Positions 17,380 through 26,590 are shown, counted from the first letter of the stretch. The stretch is 64,000 bases of DNA from Candidatus Woesearchaeota archaeon (GCA_016180135.1 JACPBV010000007.1:41248-105247), one strand, 5' to 3'. Numbers and translations are program-made. The notes: generated by a model not told the origin, from the letters alone.

Positions 17380-18891
17380 TCAATGATATCCTGGAATCCT
17401 GTTTGGATTCATATTCTTGTTCAGGAAATTAATAATATTTTGAAGAACAACGTCGCTGGTTACAGCCACACTCGCCATCTGTTGAAAAGGTTTACTTACT
17501 AAGATGTGGCTGTAGTTTCCCATTATTATACTGGCATTTCCATACGCCCTATAATTATCTTCTAATCTCTTTCTTGAGCCAGGCATAAACGGCCTTAGGA
17601 GCACATCCCATTTGCCATATATAAAAAGTTTTGGGGGATACTTAACATATTTTTTCAGATAGTAATCAATAAATGAGAATTTATTATCCCTTTTAGAAAA
17701 CCTACTGAGAATATTCATTAAGCTTATAAAATCAGCAGGCTCTTTAACCGAACTGAAATACCTGATAAACTCGCTTGGGTTCTCTACTTTCAGATACCAC
17801 CACCTTAATGCGTGAGTTTTTTCTTCCACATAATTAAAGATGTTGCCTTCTTCCATTATCAGCTTGATCTGGAAATTATGCATAATTGTTTCCCATATCG
17901 CTTTAATCCATTTATTGGGTAATCTCTCCAAAAATGAAGCTCCAACAAAAGCCTTTTTGCATTCAGACGGCATAGCCAACAAAACACAACAATCTACAAA
18001 ATCATAGCCCAGTTTATCTCTGCTTTTTAAAGAGTCTAGAATAATTTCCTTTATCTTTTTGAAATAAGCAGCAATCTCACCCAAACAATCCATAAAATTA
18101 TCATCCCGCAACATCGCCTGAAGGGATATCTCATCAGTTCCGGGGCGCAGTTTACTGTATCGTTCTCCCTTTTCAATGGACTTTCTTATTCCTTCCCAAA
18201 GGAAGTATATCTCCCTTTCAGTTTTCGCAGTATACCCTGCGCTAGCAAGCAAAGTTCCAACAGAACCAAGGCTATGTCCAATCACAGCTACATTTCTCAG
18301 CCCCCTACCCCGCCTCAAGTAGGTTACACTATCCCTAATAAGTTCTGCTATATTTCCCATCGTCAAATCCATGCCCTGGTTTAAATTATGTTTTGGCAAG
18401 TCAATCGCCAGCACCAAATACCCTAACCGGGATAATACGCTTGCTAAATTCAGAAGATTATATCTAGAACAAGATATGCCATGGGTCAAAACAATACCAT
18501 TTCTATGCTCTGTCCCAATCTTGAAAATTGTCCCTTTGATATCCCCAATGTTCACATCCTCCTTAACAATACTCTCAAAGGAAACTACCTCGTTTAATTC
18601 TACTTGCTGTATTATCTCATAGAATTCTTTTTGGCTCATTCCATCGCCCATCAATTGAGCGTAAAAGCTCTTTAAATCGGCAAGGAATTCTTTCTTGCGC
18701 AATGACCCCTCAGTATATGATCTATAAAAAGGATATTTCAATAAGATTCTCTCCAAAAGAATAATTCTGGCAATAACATGGTTATAGGTTCCCTGCGATA
18801 CGACCCCGTTATTCAACCTTTCAAGAAAAACCCCAGCCTTTGCCCTGAAAAAATTTACAGAAACCTCTTTTTTTCTATTAAACCAACTCAT
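17380..18891 (-). CDS. alpha/beta-hydrolase-fold protein with large insertions (503 aa), AT-rich and likely foreign
   Basis: GHSLGS nucleophile elbow in VAVIGHSLGSVGTLLASAGY; composition markedly more AT-rich than neighbouring genes. Confidence 0.5.
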   Translation of the reverse strand: MSWFNRKKEVSVNFFRAKAGVFLERLNNGVVSQGTYNHVIARIILLERILLKYPFYRSYTEGSLRKKEFLADLKSFYAQLMGDGMSQKEFYEIIQQVELNEVVSFESIVKEDVNIGDIKGTIFKIGTEHRNGIVLTHGISCSRYNLLNLASVLSRLGYLVLAIDLPKHNLNQGMDLTMGNIAELIRDSVTYLRRGRGLRNVAVIGHSLGSVGTLLASAGYTAKTEREIYFLWEGIRKSIEKGERYSKLRPGTDEISLQAMLRDDNFMDCLGEIAAYFKKIKEIILDSLKSRDKLGYDFVDCCVLLAMPSECKKAFVGASFLERLPNKWIKAIWETIMHNFQIKLIMEEGNIFNYVEEKTHALRWWYLKVENPSEFIRYFSSVKEPADFISLMNILSRFSKRDNKFSFIDYYLKKYVKYPPKLFIYGKWDVLLRPFMPGSRKRLEDNYRAYGNASIIMGNYSHILVSKPFQQMASVAVTSDVVLQNIINFLNKNMNPNRIPGYH

Positions 18892-18942
18892 AATCTCAAA
18901 ACCTAATTTCTCGATAATGTTTCAGGAATCCCTTAATTCTCG

Positions 18943-19010
18943 GAAACCCGACCAGAGCGGCCAAAGGGGTAATCATGTGTTCCCCTCTGCGGACGGAGGG
19001 CGAGCAATCC
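18943..19010. repeat. repeat family R1, copy 2
   Basis: AAACCCGACCAGAGCGGCCAAAGGGGTAATCATGTGTTCCCCTCTGCGGACGGAGGGCGAGCAATCC is homologous to 5531-5600. Confidence 0.6.
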
Positions 19011-19041
19011 CTTAGACTATCAAAGGGTTGTTGGATTTTGT

Positions 19042-19662
19042 TTAAATAATTCCTTTCTGAATCCCAATCCCCTTCACCACAACAAACTCCTTAAACTTCT
19101 CCAATCCCGGCTTGATGTCGTGAAACGTGACGATTATATCTGCATCAAATGCTTTCCCGGGAATCTCTCCTGTATCAGGATTGAGGCCGGTAGGAATATC
19201 AACAGCGACTTTCAGCGCCTTGGAATCATTCATCTGCTCAATGAGCGATTTGATCGATTCAGTCAAATTTCCAGCAACGCCAGCCCCAAGGATCGCATCA
19301 ATGATAATATCATAGCGGCCAAACTCGATGACGTCGGCATTTTCGAATAATTGAATCCGGTCATCGTTGGCAATCTTCTCATAATTTTCTTTTCCTTCAG
19401 GCTTAAATCTTTCCTCATCGCCGATAAAAAGGACATCCACTTCATGCTCCTCAGAAAGATATCTTGCAGCGACAAATCCATCGCCGCCGTTGTTGCCATG
19501 ATAACAAACAACAAGGATATTTTTGTTCTTTTGGCCGCTAAGCTTTTCCCTGACCACTTCAGCAACAGCCTTCCCCGCATGTTCCATCAAGACGGATTTA
19601 GGGATGCCGCAGGAGTCCTCTAAGGCCTTCATCTCTGTCGTTGTAATCATCTTCCAGCGCAT
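19042..19662 (-). CDS. nnrE: NAD(P)H-hydrate epimerase (YjeF N-terminal domain only)
   Basis: ILVVCYHGNNGGDGFVAARYL is the YjeF_N signature. Confidence 0.8.
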   Translation of the reverse strand: MRWKMITTTEMKALEDSCGIPKSVLMEHAGKAVAEVVREKLSGQKNKNILVVCYHGNNGGDGFVAARYLSEEHEVDVLFIGDEERFKPEGKENYEKIANDDRIQLFENADVIEFGRYDIIIDAILGAGVAGNLTESIKSLIEQMNDSKALKVAVDIPTGLNPDTGEIPGKAFDADIIVTFHDIKPGLEKFKEFVVVKGIGIQKGII

Positions 19663-19690
19663 TATCGGGCGGAGGCTTATAAGCTTTGTT

Positions 19691-20633
19691 GTTGGGGGAG
19701 ATAATTGTGCTAAACCATAATTATGTTACGGTAGTATCTCTTTGGCGGTTTATGGAGGTACCATGGCATACACCAAAGAGTTTAAACTTAGGATTATAAA
19801 ACATGTGAGAATGGGAATAACCCCCATTGAGCATATAGCGACGATACGGAAAATTCCAAAGCAAACCATCTACCGGTGGCTTAAATCTATAAGGCGATAC
19901 GGTGAATCTGGGCTTGAAAATGGATGTCCTGGTGCTAAACCGTTTCAAATTAATGTGACAGCCCAGCAGATGATACTTGTCCGCTGGAAAAAGCGCCCAA
20001 GAGGCTCAGCAAAGCTCTGGAGGGAGCTTAAAGAAGAAGGTTTTGGGATCTCTCAGCGACAGATTCAAAAAGCCTACAACCAACACGGTCTTAGAATGAA
20101 CAAGCGAGAAAGGCCCTCTCAGCTGAAATTCGTAAAATACGAATGGCCAAAGCCCAATATGCTCTGGCATACTGACTGGACAATCTGCCCTTTCACCGGT
20201 AACCACCTGATAGCATTCATTGACGACAATAGCCGATACATCGTCCATGCTGAGCTGTTCAACAGCCCAACTACAGAAAACACGCTCCTGGCTTTTCGGG
20301 CCGCAATAGCAAAGCATGGAAAGCCAGAAGCCATCCTTACGGACAATGGAACACAATTCACGCCAGCACGAGCATCAAAAGGCCCGTTTTCCCAATGGTG
20401 TGAAGAGCAGGGGATAAGACATATTATTGGGCGAGTCAATCACCCCCAAACGAATGGAAAAATAGAAAGATGGTTTGGGACGTACAAACAGGAGAAAAAA
20501 CAAGAAGAGCCGCTTGATTCGTTCGTTAAGTACTATAATGACGAACGCTTACATCAGGGAATTAACTATAAAGTACCATCTGAGAGGTACAAAAGTAACA
20601 TTAATGCGGTTTAGTAGAGTTGGGGGAGATAAT
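19691..20633 (+). mobile_element. IS481-family insertion sequence with 15-bp flanking direct repeats GTTGGGGGAGATAAT
   Basis: Direct repeats at 19691-19705 and 20619-20633; imperfect terminal inverted repeats TGTGCTAAACCATAATTATGTT and AACATTAATGCGGTTTAGTAGAG; single transposase ORF inside. Confidence 0.7.
19763..20614 (+). CDS. IS481-family DDE transposase (HTH plus rve integrase core)
   Basis: GGAGGT SD upstream of ATG at 19763; HTDWT...FIDDNSRY...LTDNGTQF...NHPQTNGKIERWFGTYK is a DDE (D,D,35E) integrase core; the ORF-track start at 19742 is a TTG. Confidence 0.8.
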   Translation: MAYTKEFKLRIIKHVRMGITPIEHIATIRKIPKQTIYRWLKSIRRYGESGLENGCPGAKPFQINVTAQQMILVRWKKRPRGSAKLWRELKEEGFGISQRQIQKAYNQHGLRMNKRERPSQLKFVKYEWPKPNMLWHTDWTICPFTGNHLIAFIDDNSRYIVHAELFNSPTTENTLLAFRAAIAKHGKPEAILTDNGTQFTPARASKGPFSQWCEEQGIRHIIGRVNHPQTNGKIERWFGTYKQEKKQEEPLDSFVKYYNDERLHQGINYKVPSERYKSNINAV

Positions 20634-20661
20634 CATCCGGCGGCCCCTCATGTAGAAAAAC

Positions 20662-21453
20662 TTATCGCTGGATAACATCCTTCGCATCCTCATTTCCATC
20701 AAACCTTTTCAGCAATCCCTCAACTTCCGTTTTATTTTTCACTTCAGCCTCAACCAAAAAATCCATCAGATCAACCTTTTCAGCGTTTTCAATCCTTTTC
20801 AGGAGAAATTCGTAAGGGTAATGCATCGCCGGCCTTATCTTTTTTGTTTTCATCAGGTCAATGATAGTCTTGTTTATCCATTCGTGCATAAAGTCAAACT
20901 GGACGACATTGAGGAATTCTGAGCTGAGAGAATGATACAGCTGCTGGACAAGAGTTTCCTTGCTGCTATCATCTAATCTTGGAAGTATCGGCTCCATCCG
21001 GCAGCATGACCCGAACAGGTCTTCCTTCCTGAATCGCTCTCCTGTCTTGAGGAAGGGCCCCCTGTTGAAGGGAAACATCCTGCAGATAAACGCCCGTTTG
21101 GTGTAATAGATTGAGCATTTACCTTCCTTCAGAAAAGGGCAGGAATCATAGTCCATGGAATAAGTAACCACGATCGCTTTGCCAGTGTTCAGATCGAGGA
21201 TAACTCTTGATGGCTGAATCTTTGCATCAACGTCCACTTCTTTTGCCCACTCCCGAAAACGCTTTGCCTCAAAGTCAAAAAGCGGGAAGGACATCTTTTC
21301 TATGGGAATGACCTGGACAAGCGGCAGTTGGCCAAACGCAAACTTCCTGAGAAACTCTTTTTCTTCCTCTGCGATCATGCCCCTGATATGGCTGCAGCAC
21401 TTTCCGCAGGCGGAGCAGGAGAATTTTGGGATGGTGTTTAGTATTGCATTCAT
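20662..21453 (-). CDS. YkgJ-family CxxCxxCC putative Fe-S/zinc-binding protein
   Basis: CSACGKCCS motif, then DSCPFLKEGKCSIY...RAFICRMFP, characteristic of UPF0153. Confidence 0.5.
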   Translation of the reverse strand: MNAILNTIPKFSCSACGKCCSHIRGMIAEEEKEFLRKFAFGQLPLVQVIPIEKMSFPLFDFEAKRFREWAKEVDVDAKIQPSRVILDLNTGKAIVVTYSMDYDSCPFLKEGKCSIYYTKRAFICRMFPFNRGPFLKTGERFRKEDLFGSCCRMEPILPRLDDSSKETLVQQLYHSLSSEFLNVVQFDFMHEWINKTIIDLMKTKKIRPAMHYPYEFLLKRIENAEKVDLMDFLVEAEVKNKTEVEGLLKRFDGNEDAKDVIQR

Positions 21454-21502
21454 AATCCAATGATAATCCTTGTAGTATTTAACTTTTCTCTAAGAACAGG
21501 GG

Positions 21503-21886
21503 CTAAATAGTATCAACATGCAGACTTGGTATCTTACTATAGTGCTTCAAGTTTCGGGTGAGGAGGGTAAGCCCATAGGTTATTCCCGTTGCACCATTGA
21601 GTATATCGAAGTCCCCGATAACATTACCCTGCTTCTTCAGATGGGCTTTTATTTTGCCGAATTGGAAGGCTATTGGAAAGTTAACCGGAAGGATGGTAAA
21701 GGCTGCCAGGAAATTTTCAAGTGCCCTGAAATGTTTTTCTTTGTTTGTGGAATTGAATATCCCAAAAAACAATTCTGCAACGGTAATGGATGATAAATGG
21801 AGATCTTCCAATTGTCTGAGGTATTGAATTACTTTAGCTTCGTTTCTTAAAAACTGAACACAGATATCAGTATCAACTAAATACAT
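21503..21886 (-). CDS. PIN-domain toxin (VapC-like)
   Basis: MYLVDTDICVQFL N-terminal PIN acidic motif; C-terminal ...GDFDILNGATG...; start taken at the internal Met of the 143-aa ORF. Confidence 0.55.
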   Translation of the reverse strand: MYLVDTDICVQFLRNEAKVIQYLRQLEDLHLSSITVAELFFGIFNSTNKEKHFRALENFLAAFTILPVNFPIAFQFGKIKAHLKKQGNVIGDFDILNGATGITYGLTLLTRNLKHYSKIPSLHVDTI

Positions 21887-21887
21887 A

Positions 21888-22160
21888 TTAATCAAGGGAC
21901 ATATCCCATCTTGTCCCTTTTTTCCTCCCTTCATAGATTTCTTTTATGAGGCTTTTGTCAATATCGGACCAACCCCCAGCGGCAGAGAGAAACCTTCTTT
22001 TTTTGTTGAGCTCTTCCAGTGCTTTTTTAATTGCGTAGCTAATGGCGGTGGATAAATTTACTTTATATACTCCTTCAAGAACATCCTCTTTTTCAAGCCT
22101 TTCCCTGAGTTCCTTGGCGTCTTCATATGCCCTTTCGTACAGCTTTATGGTCTTCAGCAT
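21888..22160 (-). CDS. putative antitoxin partner of the PIN toxin
   Basis: 90-aa ORF ending 1 nt before the PIN start; helical/charged; assignment by context. Confidence 0.4.
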   Translation of the reverse strand: MLKTIKLYERAYEDAKELRERLEKEDVLEGVYKVNLSTAISYAIKKALEELNKKRRFLSAAGGWSDIDKSLIKEIYEGRKKGTRWDMSLD

Positions 22161-22279
22161 TTTACCACCTTTTTACTACCAATAATACTCAATAAGGAGA
22201 ATATATTTTTAAATGTTGTTGTTTGGATTGGGCATATTACCTTGTCAACTCAAATTAGGACGCCATCAAATAAAAATAA

Positions 22280-23068
22280 TTATTTTGCTTTAATCCTGCA
22301 CCCACCGCTCGGCAATGCCCTGATAATCTCGTCCAGAGAGCCGCCAATCTTGTGCTGGATCCTTTTTGCTATATCAGATGATTTTTCCCTGCCCTGCTCA
22401 ACCTCAACCAGCTTCTCACAGCGCTTTTTTACAGCAGATAACGGGCCTGCCATCATTTTTCCGTTGAAATTCCCGATGGCGCATGCAACCTCGTTGTCAA
22501 CATAATTCTTCTTTCCGTAGATCATGAACGCCCCTTTTGCCAGGAATTCTCCGGCCTGCGCTTTTTTCGAGACCTGGCCGGGCAATACCCAGAACACAGG
22601 AGTATTTCCCATCCCTAACTTCCAGGCTTTTGAGAATGCAGCTGTAGCAGAGGCAGCTTCTTTTATTGACTGTTCATCAATCTTTTTCCCATCTGCCTTC
22701 ACAACAAAGAACGGGCTGCCTGCAATGTCCGTATGAAAGACGATATCATCTTTGCCGGCATGCTTCTTGATGATGATCTCATTGGTCGTCGCATCCCGGC
22801 CACCTACAACCAGAAAGCCGGCAGAGGAAACAAACCAGCGGAATTTCTCATACCATTCTTTTTTGCCGGCGCTGATGGACTGTTTCTTATCTTCCTGCTG
22901 CTGGTGCTCAACAGCAGCTTCTTTCTCAAGCTTTGCGAGCTTTTTTTTCGCATCTGCGATCGCCTTAAGCGCACCTTCTTTCTTTTTTTTGAGCTTTTTG
23001 GCTTTTTCGTAATAGAGCGAAGCGTTCTCTTCCAGAGATTTTCGCACATCAAGGGTTATGAGCGGCAT
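22280..23068 (-). CDS. NFACT-R (DUF814) domain RNA-binding protein, short Rqc2/NEMF-like
   Basis: WYEKFRWFVSSAGFLVVGGRDATTNEIIIKKHAGKDDIVFHTDIAGSPFFVV matches the DUF814/NFACT-R core; N-terminal coiled coil. Confidence 0.6.
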   Translation of the reverse strand: MPLITLDVRKSLEENASLYYEKAKKLKKKKEGALKAIADAKKKLAKLEKEAAVEHQQQEDKKQSISAGKKEWYEKFRWFVSSAGFLVVGGRDATTNEIIIKKHAGKDDIVFHTDIAGSPFFVVKADGKKIDEQSIKEAASATAAFSKAWKLGMGNTPVFWVLPGQVSKKAQAGEFLAKGAFMIYGKKNYVDNEVACAIGNFNGKMMAGPLSAVKKRCEKLVEVEQGREKSSDIAKRIQHKIGGSLDEIIRALPSGGCRIKAK

Positions 23069-23080
23069 TGAAACCCCGGC

Positions 23081-23392
23081 CTACCTTGCCTTATGGGAAG
23101 AGGCGAACATCGACCTCAGATCGTCAGAAAACAGCAATACCAGGAACAGGACATACCCCAGCGAAAATATCAGCAGGGCTATCATCAGCGGCCTTGTGGG
23201 CAGCGGGGAAAGCAGTTCGCCGGAATACCTTGCAGCCTGAAGGCGAAGGTAAACCATCCAGGAGACGCTTAATGCCAGAGGCATCCCCAGAATAAATTTC
23301 TTCCAGGGCTGCATTAAGGGATGTTTTTTCAGCGGCTCCCGCATTTCACTTTTTTGCCTTTTCATTTTGCTTTCACCGGAAAAATTCAGCAT
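23081..23392 (-). CDS. small membrane protein
   Basis: Two predicted TM helices; overlaps the upstream pilin-like gene. Confidence 0.3.
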   Translation of the reverse strand: MLNFSGESKMKRQKSEMREPLKKHPLMQPWKKFILGMPLALSVSWMVYLRLQAARYSGELLSPLPTRPLMIALLIFSLGYVLFLVLLFSDDLRSMFASSHKAR

Positions 23393-23832
23393 TCACTTAT
23401 GCTCTCAACGGTAAACCCTTTTTTTGCGCAGATATACTCTTTTCCCTGATAAGAAAATGTCGGAGTAAATAAGCCTTTCTGTATCTTCCCAAAGTTTCCT
23501 CCGAGCGGGATGGCAACCTTAACCAGCTCGCCGATAGGGATGTCAAGCTTTGCTGACGAGGCTATGGGCTCCTTATCGGTTGCGAATGCGGCCTTGATGC
23601 CCTGCAAGAAAACTCCGCCGTCATTCTGGGCTGTAAGCTGGACATAACTGTCCTTGAGGCAGATTGCGGGCTTTCCGGAAATAGTTACAATAGACAGCGA
23701 CGCTTTAAGGCAGTCCACTTTTTCGTCAGGAAAATTCGTCTTTCCCCAGCTGATGACTAATCCGCCGAGCCCAATCGCAAAGACCAGAAGTATGATAGTC
23801 GAAAGCAAAGGGGAGATGGCTTTTTTGTCCAT
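23386..23832 (-). CDS. archaeal type IV pilin-like protein (class III signal peptide)
   Basis: N-terminus MDKKAISPLLSTIILLVFAIGLGG is a canonical archaeal class III (prepilin-like) signal peptide. Confidence 0.6.
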   Translation of the reverse strand: MDKKAISPLLSTIILLVFAIGLGGLVISWGKTNFPDEKVDCLKASLSIVTISGKPAICLKDSYVQLTAQNDGGVFLQGIKAAFATDKEPIASSAKLDIPIGELVKVAIPLGGNFGKIQKGLFTPTFSYQGKEYICAKKGFTVESISEC

Positions 23833-23834
23833 GG

Positions 23835-24149
23835 TCAGCGCTTCCTGTAGAGTGCTTCAGCGATCTTCTGGTTGAGCCACTGCTCTTCCCTGTGAGAAAT
23901 GAGGATGTAAGGGAGTGAACTGATGATGAGGATAAAGATGCCTATAACCACAAGGACATTGAGCATGGCTGAGGTGATATATTTGAACGTGAATCCAAAT
24001 ACTCCTACAACGAGGAATGAGAAATAAAGCATAAGGCCTTTATTGAGGGCAATCTGGGCTTTTTCCCTCCTGACCTTGGAGCGCTCTATCTGGAGGAGGG
24101 TAAGCTCAATATTTGACTGGTCTCCGGTATCTGAAGCAGCCTTTGGCAC
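23835..24149 (-). CDS. small membrane protein (first gene of the pilin-like operon)
   Basis: Two TM helices; 2 nt from the downstream gene. Confidence 0.3.
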   Translation of the reverse strand: MPKAASDTGDQSNIELTLLQIERSKVRREKAQIALNKGLMLYFSFLVVGVFGFTFKYITSAMLNVLVVIGIFILIISSLPYILISHREEQWLNQKIAEALYRKR

Positions 24150-24319
24150 AAAGCCCTTTCCAGGAATGAGATATATAAAGGTTGTGATTGAACCCCCGCA
24201 ATGGGCTGGGGGTGTTGGCTAAAGCCTGATACATAAGATTGGCATGAAAGAAATCGCGCAAGAATTTATGAAAAATGATATGCAAACGAATGAGCTAAAA
24301 TCTCCCCCTCAATTACCTC

Positions 24320-24826
24320 TTATTTCCCTTCCTTCCCCAATTCCTCAATCCTGTTCTTGATATTTTCGATAGTCTTGGTATTGTCCTGCATGTTCAGGAG
24401 GCTGCCGCATTCAGGGCATTTGAATGCAAATTCAGTGGCCTGCTCGAAATCAAACCTTGCGCAGGCAGACTTGCAGATGTAAAAATTGCCTTTGTTGGCT
24501 TCCTCTTTCTTCAGCTGCTCCCGGAGCTTGTTGAGCTTCTCTTCCCTGACCTTGCTGACGAGGTCTGAAGCGCGCTTCCTGTCAAACGTCCAGTAGCTGA
24601 TATACCACCCCTTTTTCCTGTCCTTTTTACGTATGTAGGTGCAGACATTGAAAGAATTGAGGTTATAGAGCAGATTCCTGGTAGTCTGCATGTCAAGCTT
24701 GAGCTTGTCAGCGATGATGAACTCGGAAACGTTCTTCTTGTCTTTGATGTAGTCTATAATAGAGAGAGCTTCATTTCCGCCAATCTCAGTGATCAGCCCG
24801 GATATCTTTTTGTTGCTTAAAGCCAT
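24320..24826 (-). CDS. tfe: transcription factor E (TFIIE-alpha homolog)
   Basis: N-terminal winged helix (ALSIIDYIKDKKNVSEFIIADKLKLDMQTTRNLLYNL...KGWYISYWTF) and C-terminal zinc ribbon (CKSAC...CPECG). Confidence 0.7.
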   Translation of the reverse strand: MALSNKKISGLITEIGGNEALSIIDYIKDKKNVSEFIIADKLKLDMQTTRNLLYNLNSFNVCTYIRKKDRKKGWYISYWTFDRKRASDLVSKVREEKLNKLREQLKKEEANKGNFYICKSACARFDFEQATEFAFKCPECGSLLNMQDNTKTIENIKNRIEELGKEGK

Positions 24827-25071
24827 TCGTTCCTCTCATGCGAGAGCCTATCCTCTGGCAAAATTTTAATACCTTACCCCCCAAGAATAGCCCTTCCTGG
24901 CTTATTTCTGACCTAACTTCTATATAAATCTTTCTATTTTTTTCACTGAAGAGTTACAAAACGAGAATTTGACAGCATGCCTAATCAAATCTTACTGACA
25001 ATAAGGAACCTGGCTTATGGGGAACTGCTTCAAGGAATCAGGCTAATGGGGAAACGCTTCAATGAATCTGG

Positions 25072-25281
25072 CTAATGGGTGGCGGCTTTCTTCTGCCCGT
25101 AGCAGTCCTGGCAATAAGTATGAATGGTCACTCCATCGTTTGTGCTCAGTTTGCAGTCATTTGCCGATGAAATCTGCTTGCCGCAGCTTTCGCATTTATT
25201 CCACATGCTTTTCCCACCCCACACCCCTATCAGGAGAAAAGGCAAGGCTTCTATATTAAAGTTTCGATAAGAAAAGGCCAA
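25072..25281 (-). CDS. small zinc-ribbon protein (likely starts at internal Met MWNKCESCGK)
   Basis: CESCGK...CQDCYG, two CxxC pairs. Confidence 0.3.
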   Translation of the reverse strand: MAFSYRNFNIEALPFLLIGVWGGKSMWNKCESCGKQISSANDCKLSTNDGVTIHTYCQDCYGQKKAATH

Positions 25282-25342
25282 AAATCACACAAGAACTCAG
25301 TGATAAAAAATCAAAATAAAAAGAAAAAAGGAATGAAAAAGC

Positions 25343-25494
25343 TTAATTCTTGGCTTTTCCTACAATCCTGAAGACTTTTGTGCCGCATTTGCCGCAGACA
25401 CCCTTCATAGCCTTCATACCATTCTTCATGGTGACTTCCTTGGCGTCTTTAATGTCAACCTGCGCCTGGCACTTCATGCATCTTCCTTGTACCA
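25343..25494 (-). pseudogene. small zinc-ribbon protein gene with an apparent single-base frameshift
   Basis: Frame 1 gives MVQGRCMKCQAQVDIKDARKSP-stop; a +1 frame continues EVTMKNGMKAMKGVCGKCGTKVFRIVGKAKN-stop; inserting one A in GCCAGGAAG would restore a 50-aa CxxC...CxxC protein. Confidence 0.3.
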
Positions 25495-25665
25495 TTGTTT
25501 CAAACCTCCAAAGCTTTAGAGTTTATCTAATCAGTTATAACATCCTGTTGAAATAGGTTTTATTTATAAAGGTTTGCCAAAAATTGCAGGTTTGGCTTGA
25601 TTGGGCATTAAGTTCAGCACATCTGCAATCATTTATAGGGAAGACACACTTGAGGTTACTTGGGG

Positions 25666-26331
25666 TCACTTGACAATCCCTAAAAGCTGCTTGATATCGT
25701 CTATGACAAAATCTGCCTTGACATCTTTTGCTTTAGTGTTGCCGTATCTTGCGAAGCAGGTCTTCATTCCAATTTTTCCTGCACCTTCGATGTCACGATG
25801 AGGCATATCTCCGACCATAAGGCATTCTTCCGGCTTTAGCTTAAGCTTCCTGAGCGCAGCCTGGAAGGGGAAAGCATGGGGTTTCAGCTTTTTGGTATCC
25901 TCAAACGTGACTACTACGTCAAAAAAGTTCCCTAAGCGCATCGCCATAAGCCTGAGCCATGCCTTCAGCTTTGGCGCATCAGTGACAATGCCAAGCTTGA
26001 GGCCTTTTCCTTTCAGCTTCAGCAGGACATAGTCTGTATGGGGGTAAGGGGTCAGATGGCCTTCTCTCGTATTCCTGTAAGCCACAATGGCATTTGCAAG
26101 AATCCTGTAATCTATCTCTCCGGCCTCTTTCCTAAGGAATTTCTGAAATATCTCATGGTCTTCAAGGCCAACCTCAAAATAAATCTTGAAAAGCTTCTCC
26201 ATGGCCTCTTCCCGCTTGATGTCGAGCCCTGCGTCAATCATCGCGTCTATCGCAGCCTCGCAGCTCAGCCGTTTGATCCTCATAAAGTCAATAAGAGTAT
26301 TGTCAAGGTCGAAGAGTATCGCTTTAATCAT
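25666..26331 (-). CDS. HAD-superfamily hydrolase
   Basis: MIKAILFDLDNTLID (DxD motif I); GDMPHRDIEGAGKIGMKTCFARYG (motif IV); the ORF-track start at 26448 is probably over-extended. Confidence 0.7.
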   Translation of the reverse strand: MIKAILFDLDNTLIDFMRIKRLSCEAAIDAMIDAGLDIKREEAMEKLFKIYFEVGLEDHEIFQKFLRKEAGEIDYRILANAIVAYRNTREGHLTPYPHTDYVLLKLKGKGLKLGIVTDAPKLKAWLRLMAMRLGNFFDVVVTFEDTKKLKPHAFPFQAALRKLKLKPEECLMVGDMPHRDIEGAGKIGMKTCFARYGNTKAKDVKADFVIDDIKQLLGIVK

Positions 26332-26439
26332 ATCCCTTGGAAATGAGTGATAGTTTAAATTAATATCGGGAATTGGGCCAACCTGTGGCATATTTTCCCG
26401 TAATTCACGAGATTTGAGATGCTTTCGGTTTTTAGCTAA

Positions 26440-26482
26440 CTGACCCATTCCCCTTTGGGGCGGCCCCCTTGTCAGCTGGATT
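26440..26482. repeat. GC-hairpin repeat (family shared with 7218-7258)
   Basis: The reverse complement reads TCCAGCTGACAAGGGGGCCGCCCCAAAGGGGAATGGGTCAG, homologous to TCCAGCTGACAGGGGGGTCGCCCCAAACGGGGGATGTCAG. Confidence 0.5.
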
Positions 26483-26590
26483 CAAAGGGCAAATGATTTT
26501 TACTTTAGGCTTCTAACCTATATTTTTTGACGGAGCCCATAGCCTATAGTAAACTATTTAAAGGGCCGATTTACCCTCCGGACAGCAAAG

